From Acidimicrobiales bacterium (GTDB lineage: Bacteria > Actinomycetota > Acidimicrobiia > Acidimicrobiales > GCA-2861595): DNA of 64,000 bases. Below the pieces are notes generated by a model. The model was not told where the DNA came from. It searched no databases and saw only the letters and a list, made by a program, of their open reading frames with translations. The translations under genes and the position numbers were made by a program. Location of the stretch: the NCBI GenBank assembly GCA_035540975.1, contig DATLFN010000152.1, positions 1,541-65,540 of the forward strand, read 5' to 3'. Of this stretch, positions 24,267-32,374 are shown in pieces; the first letter of the stretch is position 1; each line of letters starts with the position of its first letter.

Positions 24267-25338
24267 CCCCCTCTCGTCACCGCCGGCCCCTGCCGGTGCC
24301 ACCTACGCGGAGGCGGGCGTCGACATCGGCGCCGGCGAGCGGGCCGTCGAGCTCATCAAGGAGGAGGTCCGCTCGACCTTCCGGCCCGAGGTGCTGGGCG
24401 ACATCGGCGGCTTCGGCGGCCTGTTCGCCTTCCCGAAGGGCTATCGCGACCCGGTGCTCGTGGGGTCCACCGACGGCGTCGGCACCAAGGCGCTCATCGC
24501 CCAGGCCACCGGCCGGTTCACCACCATCGGCATCGACCTGGTGGCGATGTGCGTCGACGACCTGGCCTGCCAGGGCGCCGAGCCGCTGTTCTTCCTCGAC
24601 TACATCGCCGTCGGGCGTCTCGACCCCGACCACGTCAAGCAGCTCGTGGAGGGCGTGGCCGCCGGTTGCCGCCAGGCGGGGTGCGCCATCCTCGGTGGGG
24701 AGATGGCCGAGCACCCGGGGGCCATGGAGCCGGGCGAGTTCGACCTGGTGGGCGCCGCCGTCGGGGTGGTGGAGCGTGACCGCATCGTCACCGGCGACGA
24801 CCTGGCGGCGGGCGACGTGCTGCTGGGCCTGCCGTCCCCGGGCCTGCGGTCGAACGGGTACTCGCTGGCCCGCAAGGTCCTGCTGGACCTCGGCGGGCGC
24901 GGGCTGGACGACCCGGCCTGGCACGGCGCCGGTCACTCCCTGGCCGACGAGCTGCTCGAGCCGTCGGTGATCTACTCGCCGGCCGTCTCGGTCCTGGTGG
25001 ACGCCGTGGACGTGCACGCCATCGCCCACGTCACCGGCGGAGGGATCCCGGGGAACCTGGCCCGCGTGCTGCCAGCGCACCTCGACGCGGTGGTCGACCA
25101 GTCGTCGTGGGAGCGGCCGCCCATCTTCGGCGAGATCCAGCGCTTCGGCGACGTGGGCGACGACGAGATGGCCCGGGTGTTCAACCTCGGCATCGGCATG
25201 ATCGTCGCCGTCCCCGCCGGGCGGAGCGCCTTCGCCGCCCTGGACGTGTTGCGGGACAAGGGCCACCGCGCCGTCGAGATCGGCGTGGTGACGCCGGGAA
25301 CCGGGCGCGTGCACCTCGAGGGAGGGCCCGGGCGGTAG
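24259..25338 (+). CDS. purM: AIR synthetase
   Basis: YAEAGVDI, DIGGFGGLF, GTDGVGTK and DYIA motifs. Overlaps the purF end by 8 nt. Confidence 0.93.
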   Translation: MADPLSSPPAPAGATYAEAGVDIGAGERAVELIKEEVRSTFRPEVLGDIGGFGGLFAFPKGYRDPVLVGSTDGVGTKALIAQATGRFTTIGIDLVAMCVDDLACQGAEPLFFLDYIAVGRLDPDHVKQLVEGVAAGCRQAGCAILGGEMAEHPGAMEPGEFDLVGAAVGVVERDRIVTGDDLAAGDVLLGLPSPGLRSNGYSLARKVLLDLGGRGLDDPAWHGAGHSLADELLEPSVIYSPAVSVLVDAVDVHAIAHVTGGGIPGNLARVLPAHLDAVVDQSSWERPPIFGEIQRFGDVGDDEMARVFNLGIGMIVAVPAGRSAFAALDVLRDKGHRAVEIGVVTPGTGRVHLEGGPGR

Positions 25339-25355
25339 GGGATGGCGGGGGTCGC

Positions 25356-26816
25356 CTACGTCCCCTGGCGCCAGGTCCGCTCGAACGGGAGGCGCCACGC
25401 GTGCGGGGCGATGAGCTGGTGGATCGCGTTGGGGCCCCATGAGCCCACGGCGTAGGGACGCACCGGGGGCGGCGACGCCAGGAGCGGAGCGGAGACCTCC
25501 CACAGCCGCTCCACTCCTTCGGCCGAGGTGAAGAGCGTGTGGTCACCACTCATGGCGTCGTGGATGAGGCGCTCGTACGCCTCCAGCACGTCGCCCGCCC
25601 GCCCCGTCTCGTGGAGGGCGAACTGGAGGCTCAGCTTGTCGAGGCGCATGCCCGGACCGGGCCGCTTGCCGTAGAAGGACAACGAGAGCCTTGAGGCGTC
25701 GGCCAGGTCGAAGGTGAGGTGGTCGGGGCCCTGGGCGCCGATCCCGGATCCCGTCGGGAACATGCTCTTCGGCGGCTCACGGAAGGCGATGGAGATGATG
25801 CGGGCTCCCTCGGCCAGCCGCTTGCCCGTGCGCAGGAAGAACGGCACTCCCGCCCACCGCCAGTTGTCGATCATGCAGCGCAGGGCGACGAACGTCTCCG
25901 TCTCCGACCCGGCGGCCACCCCGGCCTCGTCGCGGTACCCGGTGTACTGGCCGCGCACGACGTGGGACGGGTCGATCGGCACGAGCGACCGGAAGACCTT
26001 GTTCTTCTCCTCGCTGATCGCCCCCGGTTCGAGCGCGGTGGGCGGCTCCATGGCCACGAAGGCGAGCACCTGGAACAGGTGGGTCACCACCATGTCCCGG
26101 TAGGCGCCCGTGCTCTCGTAGAAGCCGATGCGGCTGCCGATGGCGAGCGTCTCCGGAACGTCGATCTGGACGTGGTCGATGAAGTTGCGGTTCCAGATCG
26201 GCTCGAACAGCCCGTTGGCGAACCGGAACGCCAGGATGTTCTGGGCGGCCTCCTTGCCGAGGAAGTGATCGATGCGGAAGATCTGCTCCTCGGCGAAGGT
26301 GCGATGGAGCGTGGCGTTCAGGGAGCAGGCGCTCGCGAGGTCGGTGCCGAAGGGTTTCTCCATGACGACGCGTGCGCGGTCGACGAGGCCGGCCTCCCCG
26401 AGAACTCGTACCGCGTCCGTCGCCGCCTTCGGCGGCACGCTGAGGTAGTGCAGGCGCCGCGGCTCCGGGCCGAGGTCGGCCTCGGCGAGGTCGACAGCCT
26501 TGCGGAGCCCTTCCGGGCCGGCACCCTGGGGCACGTACGTGAGGTTCCTCTCGAACGTCGACCAGTGGGCCGCCATGACCCGCGGCCGGCCGAACTGCTC
26601 GCACGCCTTGCGGGTCGCCTCACGGAAGCCCGCGGTGTCGAGGTCGTCGAGTGACGTGCCGACGATGCGGCACTCGGGCAGCAAGCCGGCGCAGGAGAGG
26701 TGGAGCAGGCCGGGGAGCAGCTTGCGGCGGGCCAGGTCACCGGTGGCGCCGACCAGCACGATGAGGTGCGGCTTCAGCGGCGACATCAGCGCCGAGGTGA
26801 TGTCGCTCGGTTCCAT
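25356..26816 (-). CDS. zwf: Glucose-6-phosphate dehydrogenase
   Basis: LVGATGDLARRKLLP (NADP-binding motif), RIDHFLGKE (active-site signature) and IQIDVPE-like HVQIDVPE. Confidence 0.9.
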   Translation of the reverse strand: MEPSDITSALMSPLKPHLIVLVGATGDLARRKLLPGLLHLSCAGLLPECRIVGTSLDDLDTAGFREATRKACEQFGRPRVMAAHWSTFERNLTYVPQGAGPEGLRKAVDLAEADLGPEPRRLHYLSVPPKAATDAVRVLGEAGLVDRARVVMEKPFGTDLASACSLNATLHRTFAEEQIFRIDHFLGKEAAQNILAFRFANGLFEPIWNRNFIDHVQIDVPETLAIGSRIGFYESTGAYRDMVVTHLFQVLAFVAMEPPTALEPGAISEEKNKVFRSLVPIDPSHVVRGQYTGYRDEAGVAAGSETETFVALRCMIDNWRWAGVPFFLRTGKRLAEGARIISIAFREPPKSMFPTGSGIGAQGPDHLTFDLADASRLSLSFYGKRPGPGMRLDKLSLQFALHETGRAGDVLEAYERLIHDAMSGDHTLFTSAEGVERLWEVSAPLLASPPPVRPYAVGSWGPNAIHQLIAPHAWRLPFERTWRQGT

Positions 26817-26828
26817 CCCGGTGCGACG

Positions 26829-27451
26829 TTAGGCGAGTGATCCCATGGCGCCGGCGGCCCCGGTGACGGTGGTGGCGCCGCCCGCGGTGGCGGCGGTGGC
26901 CCCGGTTGATCGGGTACGGGCCCGTCGCCCGGTCATCGCGCAGCGCCGACCGGTCCTCGCCGGCCACAGCTGAGTCGGTCGCCCTAGGCGGAGCAGTTGT
27001 CCTGAGCGCCACCGAGGCGGGTCGTCGTCCGGCTCGAAGCGGTGGCGGAAGGTGAAGGCTGTGGGCGTCGGGCCGTGCGCCCGGAGGTGAGCGAGCCGGG
27101 CGATGGCCTCGTCCACCGTCGGGATCCTCCCCTCGGGGACCCACCACAGGCACAGGATCGGTTGCACCGGCGCCTCGAAGAACTGGCGGCGGCGGAGGAA
27201 CTCCACGTGTGCCGAGCGGTAGGTGAAGTCCGCCAGGGCGTCGATCGACTCCCAGACGCTGAGGTTGAGATCTCCAGGGCGTCCTCGAAGGCGGAGATGC
27301 CGGTGGCGTTGCCGCTCTCGTCCTGGAGCCGCCAGACGAATCCGGGGCTCGCGTCGGCCAGCGCGTTGATCGACGCCAGGTTCGACCGGAAGTCGTCGAT
27401 CCTCGGGTCGTCGATGGGAGCCCGGAGGCGCCCGACGTTCAGCTGCGCCAC
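26829..27451 (-). pseudogene. DUF3291-family gene interrupted by a 1-nt frameshift (3' limit uncertain)
   Basis: The N-terminal part (M)AQLNVGRLRAPIDDPRIDDFRSNLASINALADASPGFVWRLQDESGNATGISAFEDALEI lies in one frame. Its continuation NLSVWESIDALADFTYRSAHVEFLRRRQFFEAPVQPILCLWWVPEGRIPTVDEAIARL...FTFRHRFEP lies in another. The junction is at about 27267-27275. GGAGG precedes GTG 27451. Confidence 0.65.
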
Positions 27452-27972
27452 GTGCACGCCTCCATGGTGTCGCACGGTGGCCGACCCGTCAGGCTCTGGT
27501 CGTCGGACGACGGGAGGACGCCGGCTCCATCGGGACGATCCCCCGCTACATCCCCCCGCGTGGCAGTCGCGCGGGAACGAGCCGAGCGACCGGGCGAGGC
27601 TGAGTCCCCGTCGCGGCGCCACTGCGGCGTGGCGCGGTTCCAACCTCCTCGCCGAAGGACGAAGGGGCCGGACGACGACGCCCGGGCCCTTCGTCCCCCC
27701 GAGCCGCTCCCCTGGTGGCTTCCGGCCGGCGCGGCGAGCGTGCCGAATCACAGGTCAAAGCGCGGCGACGGCGATCACGGGGCGGTTGACAGCGCCGGTG
27801 ATCCCAACTGGGTCGGGCTGTCCGGGGTGGTTGTCGCCAAGGGCGTATGGGCGTATTGTGTAGGTGCAGCCAACCTATAGCGATTGAGCAGAATGCGGCC
27901 GGCCGGGTGGTCCTCCTGGCCGTGAGCCCGGCCATGTCCTCCGACCGGTGTGTTGTGCCCGAGGAGGACGCC

Positions 27973-29853
27973 ATGTGCTTCAAGAACCTGCCGATCGACT
28001 TCGACGCGGATGGGCGCGCCTTCCTGCGGGAAGGCGGAGGCGATCCATACGCGATCTCGCCGGCGCCACGCCCGAGCTACGTCCGCCGCCCCGAGGGCCC
28101 CGGTGCGCAGCTGGCCTCGCCGCCGCGCCTGCGGGACTGGAACATCGACCCGATGACCCGGGTGGCCGGGGCGCTGGCCATCCACACCGTGCTCGACCTG
28201 GAGAACCGCAAGGCGGTGGAGGCCCACTCGCGCGCCATGCTCTTCCGTGGCTACGAGATCATCCTCCAGGGCCGTGACCCCCGAGACGCCATCGACATCA
28301 GCTCCCGGGCGTGCGGCGTGTGCGGCGGGGTGCACGCCACCGTGTCCTCGCTCGGGCTCGACATGGCGTTCGGCGTTGTTCCCCCACCCCTCGGCACCGA
28401 GGTGCGCAACCTGGGCGAGGTGGGGGAGATGTTCTACGACCATCCGCTGCACCTCGGGCTGCTTGCCGGGCCCGACTACTCCACTGCCCTGGTGTCGATC
28501 ACCAACCCCGAGCTGGTCACCAGGGCGGAGAAGACCCTTGCTCCCCATGGCGACGTCCACGGCTACCACACGATCAAGGACATCATGGATGCCCTCGACC
28601 CGCTCACTGGCCAGATCTACCTGGAGGCACTGGAGTGGACGCGGGTCGGCCGCATCATGTGCATGCTGATGTACGGCAAGTACCCGCACCCCTCGACGCT
28701 GGCCCCCGGCGGGGTCACCACCACCATCTCCACCTCCTCCTTCAACGAGTACTACACCCAGCTCGGGAAGATCTTCGACTTCTGCAAGGTCATCTGCCGC
28801 ATCTGGGACGACCTCGTCGACTTCTTCCTGGAGGCCAACCCGGCGTACGAGCAGGTCGGCGCCAGGGAGTGCAACCTGGCCCAGACGGGCATCTGGGACG
28901 ACTCCGGGGCCTATGACGCCACCTACGCCAACGCCGACGCCTGGGGCAACCGGCGCTGGGCCAAGCCGGGAATCATCCTCGATGGGAAGCTCGTGACCAC
29001 GAACCTGGTGGACATCAACATGGGCTTCGAGGAGTTCGTGGATCACTCCTTCTACGAGGACTGGACAACGGGGGGGAGCCCACGCTTCCGCACCGAGTCG
29101 CTCGGAAACCCGATCTCGCCGTACCACCCTTGGAACAAGACCACGGTGCCGAAGCCGACGGCCACCGACTTCCGTGGCAAGTACACGTGGGCCACGGCGC
29201 CCCGCTGGGACCGCCGAACCGTGGAGACGGGCGCCTACGGCCGCATGTGGACCACCGCCCTGGCCGCCGACATGGTCAAGAACCCATTCCTCGAGGCGAC
29301 CGGCGACGGCCTGCGCATGGTCATGCCCCGCCACGGCCTCCCCGAGGAGGAGCTGTTCTGGAAGGTGCCGAGGACCCTGAACGCCCTCGAGCGCAACCGG
29401 GGCCGCGCCTACGCCATGGCCTTCACCGCCGCCATCGGCATGAACTGCATGCTCAAGGCCCTCGAGTACTGGCGCCGGGGTGAGACCAAGGTGCACACGC
29501 CCTACAAGGTGCCGAAGGACGAGCGGCTGGCCGTCGGGTTCTGGGAGGCCGGCCGGGGCTGGCTGGTCCACCACATCCACATGGACAAGGGCAAGCTGCT
29601 CAACTACCAGATCACGACACCGTCGACGATGAACGCGTCGCCCCGCGACCCGTTCGGGGGCCTCGGCCCGTACGAGCAGGCCATCGTCGACACGCCCATC
29701 CTCGAGAGCGTCCCCGACGACCAGGTCAAGGGCCTGGACGTGCTGCGGGCCGTGCGCAGCTTCGACCCGTGCATGCCCTGCACGACCCACATGGACACCG
29801 GCAGGGGAATGCTCGTGCGCGAGGTCAACTCGTGCGGCTGCACCTTGGACTGA
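27973..29853 (+). CDS. [NiFe]-hydrogenase large-subunit homologue, stand-alone (no small subunit adjacent)
   Basis: LFRGYEIILQGRDPRDAIDISSRACGVCGGVH (L2 RxCGxCxxxH), YDHPLHL, EAGRGWLVHH...YQITTPSTMNASPRD and SFDPCMPCTTH (L5) plus a 20-aa tail. The L1 position reads DPMTRVAGALA rather than RxEGH. ATG 27973 follows GAGGAGG; ATG 27934 is an alternative. Confidence 0.85.
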   Translation: MCFKNLPIDFDADGRAFLREGGGDPYAISPAPRPSYVRRPEGPGAQLASPPRLRDWNIDPMTRVAGALAIHTVLDLENRKAVEAHSRAMLFRGYEIILQGRDPRDAIDISSRACGVCGGVHATVSSLGLDMAFGVVPPPLGTEVRNLGEVGEMFYDHPLHLGLLAGPDYSTALVSITNPELVTRAEKTLAPHGDVHGYHTIKDIMDALDPLTGQIYLEALEWTRVGRIMCMLMYGKYPHPSTLAPGGVTTTISTSSFNEYYTQLGKIFDFCKVICRIWDDLVDFFLEANPAYEQVGARECNLAQTGIWDDSGAYDATYANADAWGNRRWAKPGIILDGKLVTTNLVDINMGFEEFVDHSFYEDWTTGGSPRFRTESLGNPISPYHPWNKTTVPKPTATDFRGKYTWATAPRWDRRTVETGAYGRMWTTALAADMVKNPFLEATGDGLRMVMPRHGLPEEELFWKVPRTLNALERNRGRAYAMAFTAAIGMNCMLKALEYWRRGETKVHTPYKVPKDERLAVGFWEAGRGWLVHHIHMDKGKLLNYQITTPSTMNASPRDPFGGLGPYEQAIVDTPILESVPDDQVKGLDVLRAVRSFDPCMPCTTHMDTGRGMLVREVNSCGCTLD

Positions 29854-29953
29854 GGCCCCCCGCCGGGTCCGGCCGTCCGCTCCCCGTGCGGCCGGGCCCG
29901 GAACGGGCACACGCCGGGCGGCCGCCCCACGCGAAGGGAAGGACTCGATTGAG

Positions 29954-30148
29954 ATGCCGAAGGTTGACCCGACAACCCACGAACCCATGACCGATGCGCC
30001 CGACGCACCGGATGACCAGCGAGGGGGCAAGACCATCGGAGATCCTGCCCTCGACGACGCCACGGTCACCGGAGGATCCGGCACGAGGGGCGACGAGCTG
30101 GACGAGACCAGTCGCCTGCCTGGTGAGAAGCCGGCCGAAGGAGAGTGA
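29954..30148 (+). CDS. Small acidic, probably disordered protein (64 aa)
   Basis: MPKVDPTTHEPMTDAPDAPDDQRGG...DELDETSRLPGEKPAEGE. A GAAGGGAAGGA ribosome-binding site sits about 10 nt upstream of the ATG. GC3 is moderate. No family recognised. Confidence 0.45.
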   Translation: MPKVDPTTHEPMTDAPDAPDDQRGGKTIGDPALDDATVTGGSGTRGDELDETSRLPGEKPAEGE

Positions 30149-30226
30149 TCTTCGTCGGCTTGGCGCTCGCCAACTCCGGCGTGCACCCGGACCGCGCCGC
30201 GGGGAAACCAGGCGTCGACCGTGGCG

Positions 30227-30337
30227 ATGCGCACCGTGTGTCTGTGCTCGACCTGTGACGCCGAGAAGCTCCGGGGCCACCTCGACAGCGGCCGTGTGGT
30301 CCCGCCGCAGGAGAACCCGGCCACCGGATGGGAATGA
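30227..30337 (+). CDS. Candidate 36-aa Cys-rich small ORF translationally coupled to pncB
   Basis: My own reading (below the ORF-track size cutoff): MRTVCLCSTCDAEKLRGHLDSGRVVPPQENPATGWE. G/C at the third position in about 31 of 35 codons. Its TGA (30335-30337) overlaps the pncB ATG 30334 as ATGA. Confidence 0.4.
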   Translation: MRTVCLCSTCDAEKLRGHLDSGRVVPPQENPATGWE

Positions 30338-31695
30338 CCACCGACGTCCCCCACGCGCTGCTCGTCGACCTCTATGAGCTCACCATGGTCGACGTCTACC
30401 GCCGGGAGGACATGGCGCATCGCCCGGCGACGTTCAGCCTCTTCGTCCGAACCATGCCGCCCGGGCGCGGCTACCTCGTCGCGGCGGGGCTCGACGATGC
30501 CCTGCGCTGGCTCGAGGAGCTCCGCTTCGGCTCCGAAGAGCTGGCAGCCGTCGAGCGGCTCGGCCTTTTCGACCGGGCGTTCCTGGACTGGCTGGGCGAG
30601 CTGCGCTTCACCGGATCGGTGAGGGCCGTGCCCGAGGGCACGGCGGTGTTCGCCCACGAGCCGCTCATCGAAGTCGACGGGCCCATCGCAGAAGCTCAGC
30701 TGGCTGAGACGTTCCTGCTCAACCAGTTCACGGTCCAGACCACGCTCGCCACCAAGGCCGCCCGCTGCCGTCACGCGGCAACCGGCCGGGCCGTGGTCGA
30801 CTTCGCCCTTCGCAGGGCGCAGGGAATCGACGCCGGCATGACGCTGGCCCGCACCGGTCCCCTCGTCGGGCTGGCAGCCACCAGCAACGTGGCGGGCGCC
30901 GATCGCTACGGCCTTTCCGCCAGCGGAACCATGGCCCACTCCTTCGTCCAGGTCCATGCCGACGAGGCCGACGCCTTCAGGGCCTTCGCCGGTGCCTTTG
31001 GCGACGCCACCGTCCTGCTCGTCGACACCTACGACAGCCACCAGGGAATCGACAGAGCCATCCACGTGGCTACCGAGTGCCGGAGCCACGGCACCGAGAT
31101 CCGAGGCGTCCGCCTCGACTCCGGCGATCTGGCGGCACTGGCCCGCCATGCCCGCCGACGACTCGACGAGGCCGGCTTCCCCTGGGGTGAAGGTGTTCGT
31201 CAGCGGCGGCCTCGACGAGCTGGAGATCCACCGCCTGGTCGACGAGGAGGGTGCACCGATCGACGGGTTCGGTGTCGGTTCGGCCCTCGGCGTCTCGGCT
31301 GACGTGCCCACCCTTGACACCGTGTGCAAGCTGGTGAGCTACGACGGTCGCCCGGTTCGCAAGACCTCACCGGCAAGGAGATCTGGCCCGGTGCCAAGCA
31401 GGTGTGGCGGGCGCTCGACTGGTCGTTCGATGTCGTCACCATGGCCGACGAGCGGTCACCCGCACCGGGCCGGCGACCGCTGCTGATCGAGGTCATGCAC
31501 GGTGGCCGACGTACTCCTTCAGGCCGGGTGACGCTGACCGAGGCCAACCGACACTTCGAGCAGGAGTGGGCCGGCCTCCCCGCGCCGCTGAAGCACCTGT
31601 CGGCACCGGCGGCCCATCCGGTAAACATCTCGGCCGGGCTCCGCCGGCTCGCCGAATCGCTCGACGCGAAACGGGGATCAATGGAGGCGCCGTGA
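30334..31695 (+). pseudogene. pncB: Nicotinate phosphoribosyltransferase with two 1-nt frameshifts
   Basis: Three consecutive frames carry one protein: MTTDVPHALLVDLYELTM...RLDSGDLAALARHARRRLDEAGFP | GVKVFVSGGLDELEIHRLVDEEGAPIDGFGVGSAL...KLVSYDGRPVRK | GKEIWPGAKQVWRAL... The junctions are at the CCCC run 31179-31182 and near 31368-31373. Confidence 0.75.
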
Positions 31696-32367
31696 CCGAA
31701 GCGCTGTCGGATCCCGCCTTTGACCGACGGACGGCGCTCGTCGTCGTCGACGTTCAGAACGACTTCCGACGCCGAGGGCAGTCTCTACGTGAACGGCGGC
31801 GAGCAGATCATCCCGACGATCAACCGCCTCGTCGCCGCTGTGCAGGCAGCCGGGGGCGCGATCGTCTACACCCAGGACTGGCATCCGAAGGTCACGCCGC
31901 ATTTCCGCAAGGACGGCGGAGCCTGGCCTGTGCACTGCGTGGCGGACACTTGGGGAGCACAGCTGCATCCCGACCTCGACGTCGAAGGTCCGGTGATCCG
32001 CAAGGGCACCGCCGGCGCGGACGGCTAATCCGGGTTCAGCGTGCAGGAGGTGACCACTGGCTCCGAGAGGCCAAGCGGCCTGCATGACGTGCTGAGAGAG
32101 CGTGGCATCAACCGCATCATCGTCGTGGGGCTCGCACAGGACGTGTGCGTCAAGGAAACCGTGCTCGACGGACGCCGTCTCGGCTACGAGACCGTTGTCC
32201 CGCTGACCGCAACCCGTGCGGTCAGTCTCGAGCCCGACGACGCTCGCCGTGCCTTCGAGGCGATGGTCGCAGCCGGCGCCATGGTCCACCGATGCGTCCC
32301 TTGCGGGGGCACCGGTGTCGAAGCCGAGGACCGCTCCCGGTCCTCTGCGAATGGCGGAGACGAGTAG
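31692..32367 (+). pseudogene. pncA: Nicotinamidase/pyrazinamidase with one frameshift and one in-frame TAA
   Basis: VTEALSDPAFDRRTALVVVDVQNDF | DAEGSLYVNGGEQIIPTINRL...WPVHCVADTWGAQLHPDL...GADG * SGFSVQEVT...IIVVGLAQDVCVKETVLD. The frameshift is near 31774-31777. TAA at 32026-32028 sits where the family has Tyr (GYSGF). GTG overlaps the pncB stop (GTGA). Confidence 0.75.
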
Positions 32368-32374
32368 CTGGGAC

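Noticed and set aside
26840-26984. His/Arg-rich alternative frame (…RGHRRHRGRRHHRHRGRRRHG…) between DUF3291 and zwf, which looks like a metal-binding peptide next to a Ni-Fe protein locus
   Set aside because: There is no convincing start or ribosome-binding site. The composition is what GC-rich (CGC/CAC) DNA gives by chance, and it overlaps the tail of the frameshifted DUF3291 reading frame.
27775-31329. 1184-aa ORF on the minus strand, the longest in the track
   Set aside because: It lies antisense to the hydrogenase-like gene and pncB. Its sequence is Arg/Gly/Ala/Pro-rich with no recognisable motifs. This is the typical shadow ORF that arises when the sense strand has very high GC3. The same reasoning applies to 15..1550(+), 2998..4911(-), 5856..7109(-), 10455..13124(-), 15367..17226(-), 39362..41161(-), 42541..44187(-) and 55152..58202(-).
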